64,000 nucleotides of DNA from Trichoplax adhaerens (lineage: Eukaryota; Animalia; Placozoa): assembly GCF_000150275.1 (NCBI RefSeq), contig NW_002060947.1:2345740-2409739 (forward strand), written 5' to 3'. A program made the position numbers and the translations under genes. Positions 43,301 through 56,809 of this stretch are shown here, in pieces. The first letter of the stretch is position 1. Every line of letters begins with the position of its first letter. The notes below the pieces were generated by a model. It was given only the letters and a program-made list of their open reading frames with translations. It was not told the DNA's origin and made no database searches.

Positions 43301-46300
43301 TACTTTAATGTTAAATGAATTATTTCTCTCTAATTAATGCGGTCAAAAATATACTTGTACGTAAAATTGCATGATTCTCAAAGCTGGCAGAGCAAGGATT
43401 AACTACAAGCTTTAGTAACAAGATATGAATTATAAATTGGCCATCTAATGACAAATCAAATATCCACTATTAGCGACTTTGTTATTAAGTCGACTTTATA
43501 GTATTGTAAATTGATTTGGTGGTACGTATACTGCACACCAATTGAATAGTAGTGCAGTAATGTACAGTATATGAAATATTCCTTTAAGTTAAATAAACGC
43601 TCAAGATAAACCATACAAAGCATTGCATCAACAGTATCAATCATACATGAGTGTGCTGGTTAATGCACTAATAATTTTAATGTAAATAGGATTAATTTCT
43701 ATTCCAATGCCGGATTAACTGAGCACTATGGAAATAGTTATCTCCCAGTGTACTTGTATCTTCACCAAATACAGTACTTACTGCACTTGCTGAAAAACTG
43801 CTCATCTCTCCAAACACCGTAAGAAAAATTTATTCCAGCAGTTATATAGATTCTTAACTTTCAAATGGCGCGGTAATTTTAATGGTAAAACGTACCAACA
43901 TATCCAAGTACTGTACCATGCACACGTTTACGAGTCCTTCATGCACTTTATTATTTTGCTGGAACCGTACAGTACAGTACTGTACAGTATAGATCACTTC
44001 ATCGTAATGATCGATTGATAATTTATAATTCATTAATGTACGAGAATACATAATTAATTAAGGAATCTCGCTATGAAAGTAACACAAAGGTTAGCAACAT
44101 GATTGCTTGTCATCATGACCTGTATCTTATAGACTAACTCTATGAAGATGTTGAGAGTAATACCATCATACCATTAATTAATTACTGAATTTTGCTATGC
44201 GCAGCCATATTCAGTAAGTTTCGGTCAGGCTGTTTTAATACTAAGCATCAAAAACGGTATTGTACATTTATAACACTGAGCTATATTCTAACTTAACTGC
44301 TAAACAGTAAACTCATGCATCCGTAACGTGCGTAAGTCACCGTCAGGTCTAGTCAATGCCCATTACGATGTGCTGTATAGACATTGAGTCAAATTCTCAG
44401 TGTAACTCGACGTCATTCATTTGCTAGAAGCCTAGAATGTTATACTTTCCATCACATCTTACAGCGTAGTCTATAGTTGTACTGAAATCTTTCATCACAT
44501 GGAATTCGACTTAAGCTTGTAATATGCAGTATGGCTAGCCTACTATCAGATCACAACTTACTACTTTAGGAAAATATGGTGCTGTCCGAAAAATTAAATT
44601 GATGAAAGTAAACCAGAAATTCTTAAAAATTATAAAATTTAATCTTCTGTATTCGATTTCATCATTCTGTTCGTTACCCCTCTAAATATACAGCACTCAG
44701 AAAGTCTGTATCTAGTGCATCTCAAATATGATTGCAAGCCAGTAGTAATAAATCGGTATTTGAAAATGCAAACTCATTCGGAGAATGACATTTTTACGAC
44801 AAATCATTTCACATACCTCATTTTCAACCGTTTCCGCAATCAAATCCAGGAAGGATCCATCAGTCCACCTAAAAGTCAATTAATATCATATGTACTAATG
44901 AATTCAAGCCATTTTTCTTCCCAAAGTATAACAAGCGCATCCATACTATGCATGCGTAGTTCTCGAACAAATTTTTTCGTCAAAAACACAAATAACAAAA
45001 AGCAATCACAGTTCATACTTTTTTTCTGATTTTTGCCATCTTACGGCAAGCGTAAAAAGCTTAGAAAATGGTTCCAGGGTATTCGATAAATGCTCAATCT
45101 CCGGGTAATAGGTAGACTCCCATTGCAGAAGCTGTTCCTCCTAGGTTATTAATTTGTAGGATCATAATCATTATAAAAAATGAAATCCAACGTAAATCAA
45201 TGTGTTGCTAATAGAAAGTCTTGCAGTGTGATCTCAGAAAATTCACTTTTACCTCATTTATAACAGAAATCATTTCAGATATTTCTTGAATTTTTCTTTG
45301 TGTGCTTTGAACATCCTTGACGTATTGATTCATCATATCTAAGTCACCATATTCATTATATTCCATTACACGCCTATTACAGTACAAGTCATATTTCGTA
45401 AGTTATCCGATGGAAATTACTGTTGTTCACAGAAGCACTCCCATTCGAAAGTCTGTAACAAGTCAGTATTACGTATTTTCCGGCAATATCAAGCTCTGGC
45501 ACTGAATTTAATGAGGTCATCGTACGGTATCTCAAAGTTATAAAGAAACGCTAGTTCGCCAAGCCGCAATAGTAGTACTGTATACCTGTAATAGAATCCT
45601 TTTTGAAATAATTTCATTTTAAAAGCTCACCTATTCAATTTCTCTAAATCGAGAAGCACTTTCTCCCTTTTATCTACCAGATTGCGTTCGCTATTTTTTC
45701 TAGCTGTAGCGATTATCTATGTATAATGCATGTAATAAAAAGTATGACTTTCACAGGTTGTATCATGCAGAATAAAAACAAACTTACATCATCATTCTCT
45801 TCGAAAACTGGATCTATTCTTTGAGGCCAAGTTAATGTAATACTATTTAATTCGATATCGTCGGAACATAATAAACTAGCTTCTAATAGATATAGTAGCC
45901 TATGGAAGGAACTCTGTAATTGGAAACCAAGTCATCATCAGCGAAGTAACAGTAGCAATAATGATTAATGACTTTATTTTACTTTTATCTTTTCGTTCAG
46001 CTGGAAAAGCTTCAATGCTTTTGCATCTGTAATGTAGTTGATGCTATCAATCATGTCCTTCGTTGACTGTGGCACAGCCGAAGCTCGACGTTGAATTTCT
46101 TCATATTCATGACATATTCTACCAGAATGTCAAGTATGCATCAAACACCATTAATGTTATTTAAGTATTACAATTTACAGAATAGAACTACTGTAAGTAG
46201 CTTTATTATGCACTCACAGACCACTGAGCCGTGGTTTAACAACCCCAAATAAATACCTCAAATTTTCTTGTCGATGATCCTCGGACAATTTTCGCATCAG

Positions 46301-49104
46301 CCTATTAGCGTAGCTTCTCGCAATATCTGCAAGGCAAAATTTTATTTCTTCGCAATCTAACCTGACCATTGCGAAATGTGCCCAATTTGGTAAACCCATA
46401 ATTTCTTTCGCCAATGAACGAAAGCGTCCAACTTTCTAATTGGTAACAACCCGTAAAATAAAATGAAGAGAGTCTTTCAGAAATGACAAACGACTACTTG
46501 ACTAGCTAATATAGCTCATTGATAAATGCCCACCGTGCAGTATTCCTCAAAAGAATGTTCCCCACTCAAAAACGTTACCACCTCAGTTTCTGCAGTGCCA
46601 TCTACTAAGAATCTATACGGATCTAATAATATGATACGAAAGTACTAATTTCAATATCACAGCAGTCCTCACTACAGTATACAAAATTTCATACCATATA
46701 TGTTCAGGTAACCATAAAGTTCGTTAAAACTATTTTCTACAACACTTAACAACCGTTTATTAGCTTCACCCAGAACCGATGCATCAACACAGGTATCATG
46801 AAATATATTGGAGTTTCCATTTAGCCAAGACTGCAGTAATAAATAGAAATAGAGTAACACAATAACCGTCATCTAACGAGTCTTAATCCTGACCGTAGCG
46901 GGTCTACGACAATTTGAGGGGCACAATTTACCGCTGTACTACGTCGTATTATAGCTAAAAACAATGGACTTCTAAGACAAATACAGTATTTATCTGATAA
47001 AATCAGAATTCCCTGATGAAAATAATATCAATATAAATTTGATTGTAAGAGAATAGATTTAATATTTTACAATATTCAATCCTATAAGGCGTAAAATTGA
47101 TTTAATGTGGCAAAGTGACCGCAGCAAATCATCCGAGCCCGGGCAATAGCATATTAAAATAAAACCAAGCCTACAGTATACTATATACAGTATATATACC
47201 TGTACTGTTGGAATTTTTTGTAGGGTGTTTGCTACAGTTGTAACAACGCCTAATAGTGCAGCTTCAAGTTCTTCTCTGGACGGATAGAAGATCAATTCAT
47301 TGTTTTCTAAAGTCAGCGATAAATTAAATTGAGGCATCTTCGTAAGGTTTATATCTTGATCAAATAACGCAACCCATTCTCCAATCGTACGGTTAATATA
47401 GTTTTTCATCTATAATTACGTAGGAATGATATTTAGCTGATAATCGAAATATTATTTTATTAAAGAGTTGATTATTTCTGTTTACCAAATTTGAAATCAA
47501 TATCGAAACACTTGAAAAGAAAGAATCTGCTTTTGAGCCAGTTACTTCAGCGAACAATTTACGATCGCTAAATATATTTAATATTTCTGGAAACCATCTA
47601 ATAAGAATCACATAAATAATTTAATGAGTCAGTGCGACAAATCGATATAGCCCTCACCTAAAACTCTCTCAGTCACGCTAATTATAAATATACTTGTTCA
47701 ATATTTTTTCCTCAGTTCTTTCACAGTCTATGACAATGTCATTTTTCAGATCTCCTAATTCGTTTGGACCTTTATCCCTAATAAAGGTAAAGAATTCGTC
47801 AGAATTCGTAACTTACAGACACACTATTGATTAACGCAAAAAATAATTTTGATTATCGATCTTAGCTATATCAAATAATACGTTCTATGCCCCTTAATAA
47901 GATTCGCAAAAATACTGTAGGAATGTCGCTAGTAACCTGATGTTCTTAAAGTTTACAATTTCCTGATCTCTAAATTTTTGGGAAAGGCATAAAATTTTCA
48001 GCATTGCGGGATGTAGAATATGCAGATCACTAATCAACTTCCGCCTCGCATCTTCAAAATTTTTCTTCCATGGAGTTGAAAAGTCAAGGCCACTATTGTT
48101 TAAAAGTTACGGTGAGAATATGATACGAAATATCAGAGCAGCCTCGCAAGCACTGTGCAAGGATCTTGCGCAAGCTTAAAGTGATAATTAATATCGCATA
48201 AAATAATAGGTAAAGTGCTGCGTACGTAGGATCAGCCTTGCGTTGATCTTCGCCTTCTACTAGCTTAATATGAGGCTTGAGTAAAACATACTGAGCTATT
48301 ACAATAGTAACAGAAAACATTAGTTTACGAAATTTGCACCGAAGATTTAAATATAATGCAGACCCACCCATTGATTTCTGTAAGCTTGACATATAAATAT
48401 CCTCGATTTCTTGGCATATCACATCCCTTCGAGATGAAAGAGGCTTCGATCTCAAGAGCGGTTCTGGTATTTTTGAATATATATTATTCCACCAAGTGCC
48501 TACCATTCCAGAGACAGGACTACTACGAACTTGTGCTCTTAAGTATTGATAATTCAGCTGCAGAGTTATAAAATCAAGAATTAGAACATTTGACCTATTT
48601 AATTACGAAACAAGAAAGACTGATTATATTATCATGGTGCACCCTCTTTTTCCTGTCTTGGCTCATCATCTTCGTAAAATTAAGAAAATTGACGTAAAGT
48701 TAATTTTGAGAATGTATGCCACAGAAATATATAAAAAGCTTAAATGCTTCATATATTCTTGTGACTTACAGTTTCTGGCATTTCTGGAACATCAGGATCA
48801 CAATCACCCACCGTTAAATTTACAGCTACTGTCCGTGAATGCAAGACTTCGGCGCGCATTTGTCTGATTTATTGTTTTGAGACAGCATTGAATTACCTTG
48901 TCAATCGCACAGTGTTGCTAAATTCACGTAATATTAGAATTCGAGTACAAATATAGTAATGAACTTTACTAACATTTGCGAGTCAAGGTTAGTCTTTACT
49001 TTTGCTGCTCTTCGGTAAGTCCAAAGGGAGCTTTTATTGTAATCAGTCATACCTTGTTCACCATTAGCCGACTCAGGACGAAGTTCCCGTTTACTGAAAC
49101 TCAT
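22371..49104 (-). CDS. DNAH12: Axonemal inner-arm dynein heavy chain, DNAH12 type, complete multi-exon gene
   Basis: P-loops AAA1 [11 protein letters not shown]2 [11 protein letters not shown]3 GPTGTGKT and AAA4 [10 protein letters not shown]-terminus [15 protein letters not shown] ends at TAG 22371-22373. DNAH12-like segments recalled from the human protein: [79 protein letters not shown]. Probable start [10 protein letters not shown] at 49104. Confidence 0.93.
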
Positions 49105-49515
49105 CTTGCAACACTAAAGATATTGAAAGCACAGTTACGTTTATTACATCTAAGCCTTTACTTCCTTATAGGTCAGTCATGATGGAGGTAGTAAAGGGAA
49201 CTTACGGTTATTATTTTTAATGTAGCTCCATAATCGGAATAGCAAAGATGTAAATACTACAATACTATGTATTAAATAGATCTTTACTATTAAATTAATA
49301 CTAATCTATCTTCTCAGAAGCAAACACGCAAAATTATGTTTCGATACTACAGAATCAGGCAAAATAAGATTCTTCAGATGGAAAACATATATTAAAAGCG
49401 GCTAAGAATACAAATTCTAGCAAGTAATAATTAGTCTTCTCCTTGTAAAGAATTCAGCAAATAAAAAATCATCATCTACGGTAATTTATACGACTGCGAA
49501 TTGTAATTCGCTCGC

Positions 49516-49529
49516 GTTACCGTGGCAAC
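49516..49529. promoter_or_regulatory. RFX-binding X-box upstream of DNAH12
   Basis: GTTACCGTGGCAAC matches the X-box consensus GTTNCCNNRGYAAC and lies about 410 nt upstream of the ATG of a ciliary gene. Confidence 0.8.
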
Positions 49530-49544
49530 ACTAACATACTTTAA

Positions 49545-49742
49545 AGTACTGTACCAGTGTACCTATTAACAATCACATACTGTACAGTACAGTGTACAGT
49601 ACAGTACTCGATTTTGCAATCCTCTTTGTACTGTATTGTACTGTACACAGTATGAGCGTGCAGTTTTCAGTACACTGCGGCATACAGTACAGTACTGTAC
49701 TGTAGACCACCAGAAAAAATACCTACGTACTGTACTGTACGA
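49545..49742. repeat. Palindromic CAGTA/TACTG micro-repeat island upstream of DNAH12
   Basis: tactgtacagtacagtgtacagtacagtac, cagtacagtactgtactgtag and similar runs. Confidence 0.85.
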
Positions 49743-50071
49743 CAGAAATTTTCTTGGGCGGACAGACATTTGGCCTACTTTGGTAAATTGTGTCCTACAC
49801 TTTATTATGGCAGTGGTTCAGTACGTTGTTAGTCGATTCTGAATGGGCTGAGTTTTTCTAAATTAAGTAAGGTTCCATTTCCTGTTACTAAGTTCTGATT
49901 AGAAGCAGTAAATTTAGATCATGAATGTAACTTAAATTAATACGAGTGATTTAGAAAACAGACACAGAAGATCAATACTGAGTAACTGTTTTTCGATATT
50001 TTCGACCTACTCTGGTATGGCAGTCTGTCCGTCCGAGGAGAGTTTTAGGTCCAGGTATTTTTTCTAGTAGT
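49706..50071. mobile_element. MITE-like element bounded by degenerate ~50-60 bp inverted repeats
   Basis: Left arm 49706-49767 is accaccagaaaaaatacct...agaaattttcttgggcggacagac. The reverse complement of the right arm 50023-50071 is actactagaaaaaatacct...aaaactctcctcggacggacagac. No coding capacity and no target-site duplication identified. Confidence 0.5.
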
Positions 50072-51999
50072 ATGTGGCTATGGCTACGCAGACCATCACG
50101 CTTTAATTGTATAAGTCAATCAGATCGACTTCAAATTTTTCATCGTCTGCATATTGAAATAATTATGTCCGTGTGTCTATCTACTTTTCAGTGCATACTA
50201 AACACGAAGTAAAATACTTAGTACCATAGTACGCGATATATCACGACTCCCTCGTAGCTAAGCACGAGCGAGAATTCCATGTAAATACAGCAAGTAAAAA
50301 TATCATCTAGGTAATAATAACGCGCGATTGAATTATTTGAAAGTAAGGGATACGTTTAATTGCGCAATGTCCTTGCTTAAAATGAAGTCACCTATTGCAA
50401 ACAGTAGATTTAATCCCCTTTAAAAGTTGCTATTTCCGTACTATAGCTATATTACATGTACAGTAATATCAATTTCGTTTGCGTAAGCTTCGAGTCGAAC
50501 CTGGAATCTGGGTAATGACAGTAGGAAATATTGAATCACAGCGGGTAACATTCCTAGCTAATAATATAATTACAAGGAATAGTCAAAACTTATATTGCCC
50601 TTATAAATCATTAAGTAATCTACTGTACGCAATAAAGTACAGAAGGCTAATTCTGTCTAGTTAAATGGAATATCGAGCTTTACGTTAGCATATTAAAAAA
50701 GCAATCGATCACATTCTTATTATGCACCGAAATTGGATAGAGATAAGATCATATTCTTATACCATGGCTGTTTAACGAGTACGTATGTATGTACCTGTTA
50801 GAGTACTAAATTCAGTGTACTTGCGATATGCCTAGTCAGTTCGCAAACTGCAAAAATACCAAAACAACTAAATCAGAGAAACCATCTTTATTCATGCAGT
50901 AATATTACTAAAACCAAAGAATCTATAAATATGTTTCTTTGTAGATTATAATAATAATAATAGGCTGATTCAAGTAATCAATACATACGTAACTTGCTGA
51001 AGTAATTGCTTAACAGTTAGAGATACAATTATCAATCAAGTAGTTATTATCGAATTGATCATGTTCCGATTATGAAAATTTTTATTTATTTTTGCAAGTT
51101 CTCTTATTGATATTTACTGTTACACTTGACATTAGCCTTGAAGAATTGTATCAGTTAATATTAAAAGACGTATTGTCGACATTTTGCGAATTGACAGGAT
51201 TTCGTACTTGGGGAACTGTTACAAGAACACAGTCAAGAAGTCAAGTCCTGCAATTTTTTACCTCTAAAAAATGCTAAATTTCGATGCCAATGCGACAGAC
51301 AGAGAAAACACTGCATCAAAGACGTCTGCTCTAAACTCAAGCAATAGCAATGATGCGAGGCTGGAAAGCGTAGTCACCTTATGAAGCCTTATCAACAGAA
51401 TAAGTTGTATGCGACGAAACTCTTACTGTAAATCCATGGTACTTAAAAAAATATCATCATTGCAACTAAACCTTTATAAATGATGAAATAGTGAATGGAT
51501 ATTGTAATAAAAAATATGCGGTATTCGTAATTCATTATTAAATTGCGAATTAAAGCCATAAACAATTAATAACTGCATTAATTCATCGCGGTTTCTGAAG
51601 TAACAATGATTGTCACAAATTAATCATGATTAATTTTTTAGTTCACGTGGCTTCTGTAACTGCATATCGTGCCTTACATACTACTGTTAGTATTAAAACT
51701 GCGAGAGCTGAGCGATGTATAAGAAATAAATTGAAGGTGATCACTAAGCAAGATTGAATAACTTTCGGTAGCATCATTGGTCAGCAACCGTACATTAACG
51801 AGTTGGAAAATTTAACTCTAGACTACTCAATATAAAAATTTTCAACACTATGTCTACTATACTGTATACCAACTAACTTGGGGAGTTTCGTAAATTTCTC
51901 GAATACAAAAATACTTACGTATGTTAAAAAGACTTATCTAGAGATCGGCAACAGCTTTGTCAAAAGCGTGGTAGTCCACTGTACTAAAAATTAAAAATT

Positions 52000-54900
52000 T
52001 CATTATAAAACTGAACATATAAACACTAATTAATGTAAGTAGAGAAAATTGTATATTATATAGTTGTAGAAAACAAATAGTTCGCATATGAAATTTATTG
52101 TTTACTAATCAAAGACTTACAGTAAATCTAGATTTAAATAATGTAAAATAACAATAAAAAAATCTAATGCAAAAAAACAAGAAAAACCAAAGTGATTACG
52201 AGAACAAATCTGCGCGTCAAATACTATAACTTAAAATAATAACTTGCGAATTTTATTATAGACAGTTAATGAAAAAAACATTTCGAACAGAAAATCGATA
52301 CAGAAATAAAGATTGTTAATAATTTCAAGAAATTCCTATCAATCCTCAAAAAATTCTTTGACCTATATTTGAACTCAACTAAGAAATGTATGAAAATGAT
52401 GAATAAAAAAATTACAAAAATTATACGATAAAAATCATGCAAGATAAAAAAAGCTAATGTAAAGTAGTTTAGAGAACTTTCAATGTCTAAAAACTACAAA
52501 TTCCAAGAAATAAACAGTAATATAAACTGTTTAAAACCTGTAATTAGAATACCTAAAATACTAAAAAAAATTTTACAAAAGAGCTTTAGAACGAGTAAAC
52601 TGAATAAAATATAAAATTCTAAAAAATAATTCTGGCAGATAGCAAAAAGAAAAACTTTAATAACACTATAAATATTAAAAATGAAAACCTGAAGCATGGC
52701 TTCAACAAACTAAAAAAAAGTTGCACATTAAAGTTTGTCAGTGTATTTAATATTTAAACCGAAAAGCAAACGATTATGAAGTAACTAAACGACAAAAGTT
52801 CTTGAAATTAATAATTAGTATAATAAAATAGTCTTATAAAAAATGGAAAAAGCGTTCTGGCTTTTACATAAGAATGTCGATAAGAAATCAAAACGTATAC
52901 AAAGTTTTCCGATCGATACTATAAAACCTGGCTGTAAAAGACATAAAAATTTCTTTCGCGTGGAAACATTTAAATATTAAAAAATCGATTTCGTCTATCG
53001 ATTTATTAACAATGAAATAATTATATATAATGTCCCTTTACTAAAAAAAAGGTAACGCAACTTTTAATTTATATAAATTATAGATTCAAGCGAATAACCA
53101 TAATTAACAATTTTAAAAAGTAATTCTTCAAGCCTCAGGAAAAATTAGTTGAAAATAAATATAATTTAATTCTCAATCGCCTGTATTACGCTGAAATTAA
53201 ATCTAAAATAGTAAAATTTATGCGTATTTCTCGAAAGAAAACCGTATAAAAACTAAAATATTCTCTCCAAAAAACATTCTTTAAGATATTATCCGTTATG
53301 TAAAAAAACATGTAAAATTTAAAACATTTTTAAAAGTAAAAAGGTAATTCCATGAAATATATTTATAACACAAGATAATTGAAATAAAAATTTTGTCTTT
53401 AGATTAAATAAATACAGTAGCAAATTAACTCTTGACGCATCTTAAAATATTGAAAATTTTGAACAAAGGAAGAAAAGAAGCTTTTTTGTTATAAAAATAA
53501 ACTGGTCAATACACAAAAATTTTCATTGGTATCTACCAATGAAAGTATACAAATTTTTGTGTATAAATTGTAAAATGGAAATTCTAAACAAATATAATTT
53601 AGAAAAAAAATACAGGATACAGTACAGCAAAATTAAGCCTAATGTTGAAAAGATTTTACACTATGAGTACAGTTCACATCGTAAACTAAATAAAATATCT
53701 AAGATAGTAGTATTTCATTGCAAAATACCTAGACCGTTTAAGGAAGTTCTTCGTTGAAATATTCTAGCTATGAAAATTATACAGTAAGCAGCATATGTAA
53801 GCAGGTTTAGTAAGAACTATTCATTTATTCATAAAAAAATGTATTTTGAGAACGGCTACAGAACGATTTTGATTAGCTAAAACTTAAAGCAATAAGTTTA
53901 GTTTTTCGATTTCAAAGTATCAAATATAATAATAGCCTGTTTTAGATCTACAAATATATCATATCAATTCTATGTAGCCGGCTAAACTTACATGCAAGTA
54001 CTACCATACATTTCCTTCTTAGATTATGTACACTAACGTGCTACGAAAAAAGTAAACTTCCGTAGAAAACTAAACAGAAATTAAAACTTCGACCTCTGTC
54101 AAAAAAGTTTACACTACCTTAGATGACATACTTTACAGATCTAGTGTAATGAATTCATACCTTAAACATATAATCAATAAAGGTTAAAAAATCAATTATC
54201 AAAATAAATTTTTTGAGTTTATGACTGATCAAATTATTTCCTATTTACTCGTTATGAATTGAATTAACTTAAGTACACAAGTGCCTAAATTTCCTATTCA
54301 AAATTAGTTTTTCATTACTGATGAATAAACGAGGTACCTTAATTAAAATCTACTATTAAAATCTAATAAAAAAATTTAACTATTTAAATTAGAAAGAAAT
54401 ATTACTTCGAAAGATTTCAGGGGTGCATAATTTAATCTCCCTAAAAAAAGAAAAACCCTTCTTTATTTAGTAGAGGTTGTCACTTAAGAAGAAGTATTTA
54501 CATTTAATTCGAAGTTTTAGAAATAATTAAAATAGCAAAAATTTACTTTAATAGCTATAAATATAAGCATCTAAAAAATCATAAAATGTGATTCTTGAAT
54601 TACACAAATTTTGGAAACTAATTTTTAAGTGATCGCATTTACTAAACCTCTAAATACTGGGTCCGTAAATGTTTAATATATAAAATATGAAAAGAAAATT
54701 TACTGAAAATTTAATACGTTAGCTATACGTAATCATAAAGTCATGTTTATATACTTTAAAGAAATATATAATCTCATAATAATAATGACTATAAATAGTA
54801 GATATGTTCCTATACTAATTTAAAAAAATGTTGTATAAATTGAATGATGAGTAAGAGAATGTTTACTTTAATAGAGGTAAATGTAAATTAGAAAAAAAAA

Positions 54901-56720
54901 TTTTAAAATGACAACTTACACTTAAACGATTAGGTTTAGACCAATAAATTAATTTTAAAACAACTCGAGCTGTAAAAAGTAGATAGGAGGTACGGGTAAG
55001 TACATGTTAGGGCTAAAACTCGAAATAAGAATATATTANNNNNNNNNNNNNNNNNNNNNNNNNNNNNNNNNNNNNNNNNNNNNNNNNNTAGTTCTTTCAA
55101 ATATGCAATAAAATTAAACACCTCGATAGAGATATCTGATGACTAGATATGATAGAAGATTGTACTTGAAAAAAAATTGTGTCACCGTCTTAAGTTAGAA
55201 ATTCGAAAGATTTTACTCTATGGGCTTCAGGCGGATTAATATCATGCATAATAAAAGAATTGGATTTAAGCAGTTACGTATATTACATATATATATATAT
55301 GTATTTACGATAGTATCTCAGCTAATGTTAGGGTTAAGTTAGGGTTATATGTAAAAAATGAGTAACCAAAATATTTAACTTTCGACATTAACTTTACAAA
55401 TTTACAAAAGACCACGCGTGTCGTTCAAAATAAAAAGTTAAAAAATACGTGCGTTACTTCCAAATTCAGAAACGAATCTTTAGCTGGAATTCCCTGCTGT
55501 CAATAGATTTAGCCTGTAAAAACTATCGTAGCATATTTAAGAAGTTTTACCGTATATTACTAAGAATGGTAGCATATGAAAGAAAATTTCTTAAAAAAAC
55601 ACTCCCCTGTTTTTAAAAAGGCTCTGAACGTATGAAAAGAAACAATTAAATATAATCATATTTATGTACGGGCCCGAAATTTAAACATTGCAATGTCATA
55701 AATACGTGACGGTACGCCGATGAACAATGATCACATAGCGGAAAATACTGTTAAGAATCTGATTAAAGATAAAACCATCACAAGTGAAATCAATTGACAG
55801 ATTATGTATTGTACATATATATCTTCTATACCTAAAATTTACTAGTACAATGAAACTATATAAATTAAAAAGTTTTTGACTATGACGAAAAAAATTATAA
55901 TTAAAATATTGTTCACTTATTCTAATATACTACAGTAATCAGTTGTAATTTTTACTATACTATTAATAAATACCATTTTCATATAGTACCGTACAGAAAA
56001 TGAAAAGCCATCCTAGTTCTGTACGTATATTTAGAAAAAATACGTTGATATATCTGAAAAATATTATCAAATTTTATAAATAGGAATAGCTATGAGTATG
56101 AAAAAATAAACAAAGAAACTAACTAAATTATTAGGTTAGACGAGAATAATATTCTTGAAATAGCCATCGAAAGATTATTAATAATTGTACACTGCTACAA
56201 TTATATCTGATTAACCGAATAATTTATTGGGTTAAGGCAGTTATAGTCACTGTACACAAAAATGCTTTGAAATGCATGGTCTTAATTCAGATTTAAAAAT
56301 ACCAAGAAATTCAACAATTGACGCAAAAAGGATAGAGTAGAATCTCAGCTACAGTATACTATAATTATTAGTGCTAATTCATCAATACATATAACCGTAA
56401 TTCTAAATTAATACGTCTACGATTTAAAGCCTCGCTCATAAAACTTAGATTATTTCTGTATGGCAGTAATCGTTTCAATATATAGTCATACTGTACAAAT
56501 AGCAGAACAAATGCTAATACGGAATTCGCCTCCATAATAATTAATTGCCTGGAGCTTGCTTTAGAAATTTAGTAAATATTTGTTGTACAGTAAATTATAA
56601 GCTATAAAAGTATGCAAAATCTCAGAACAGAGATAAACTATAGAAATATTTGAAATATTTTCTAAAAATAACCCTGCAACGATAATTGTGCTATAAAATT
56701 CCTACATTCGACACAATATT
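52000..56720 (+). pseudogene. Heavily decayed, A-rich coding relic, possibly NACHT/LRR-type
   Basis: Strong A-over-T skew and low GC, unlike neighbouring introns. Fragments broken by stops and frameshifts: MEKAFW (52843), YSFIHK (53818-53835, resembling the NACHT winged-helix FxH motif) and LDENNILEIAIERL (56136-56177, LRR-like). Confidence 0.3.
55039..55088. other. Assembly gap (50 N)
   Basis: Run of n characters. Confidence 1.
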
Positions 56721-56809
56721 CTAGTCATAATTATAACGTTGCTTTTTCATCTCTAGATAGGTGTTAACTTAAATATTTTGATAAAAGGCAGCAATGCAAT
56801 ATGATATGC

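Noticed and set aside
48770-49020. Apparent frameshift near the DNAH12 N-terminus
   Set aside because: Resolved by a phase-2 intron (CAA AT|gttagt ... aaatcag|A CAA ATG), giving [25 protein letters not shown]...PEMPET.
1-49104. U12-type (AT-AC or GTATCCT) introns
   Set aside because: Junctions inspected in ITPR, UTP18 and DNAH12 were ordinary GT-AG. The ATATCCTT-like strings found lie in exons or away from donor sites. Not every junction was checked.
827-49182. Plus-strand ORFs overlapping ITPR and DNAH12 exons (for example 827-1066, 7749-8048, 29180-29569, 40988-41347)
   Set aside because: They are antisense shadows of real minus-strand exons, with no recognisable motifs.
54936-55121. ORF spanning X residues
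   Set aside because: It is open only because of the N gap.
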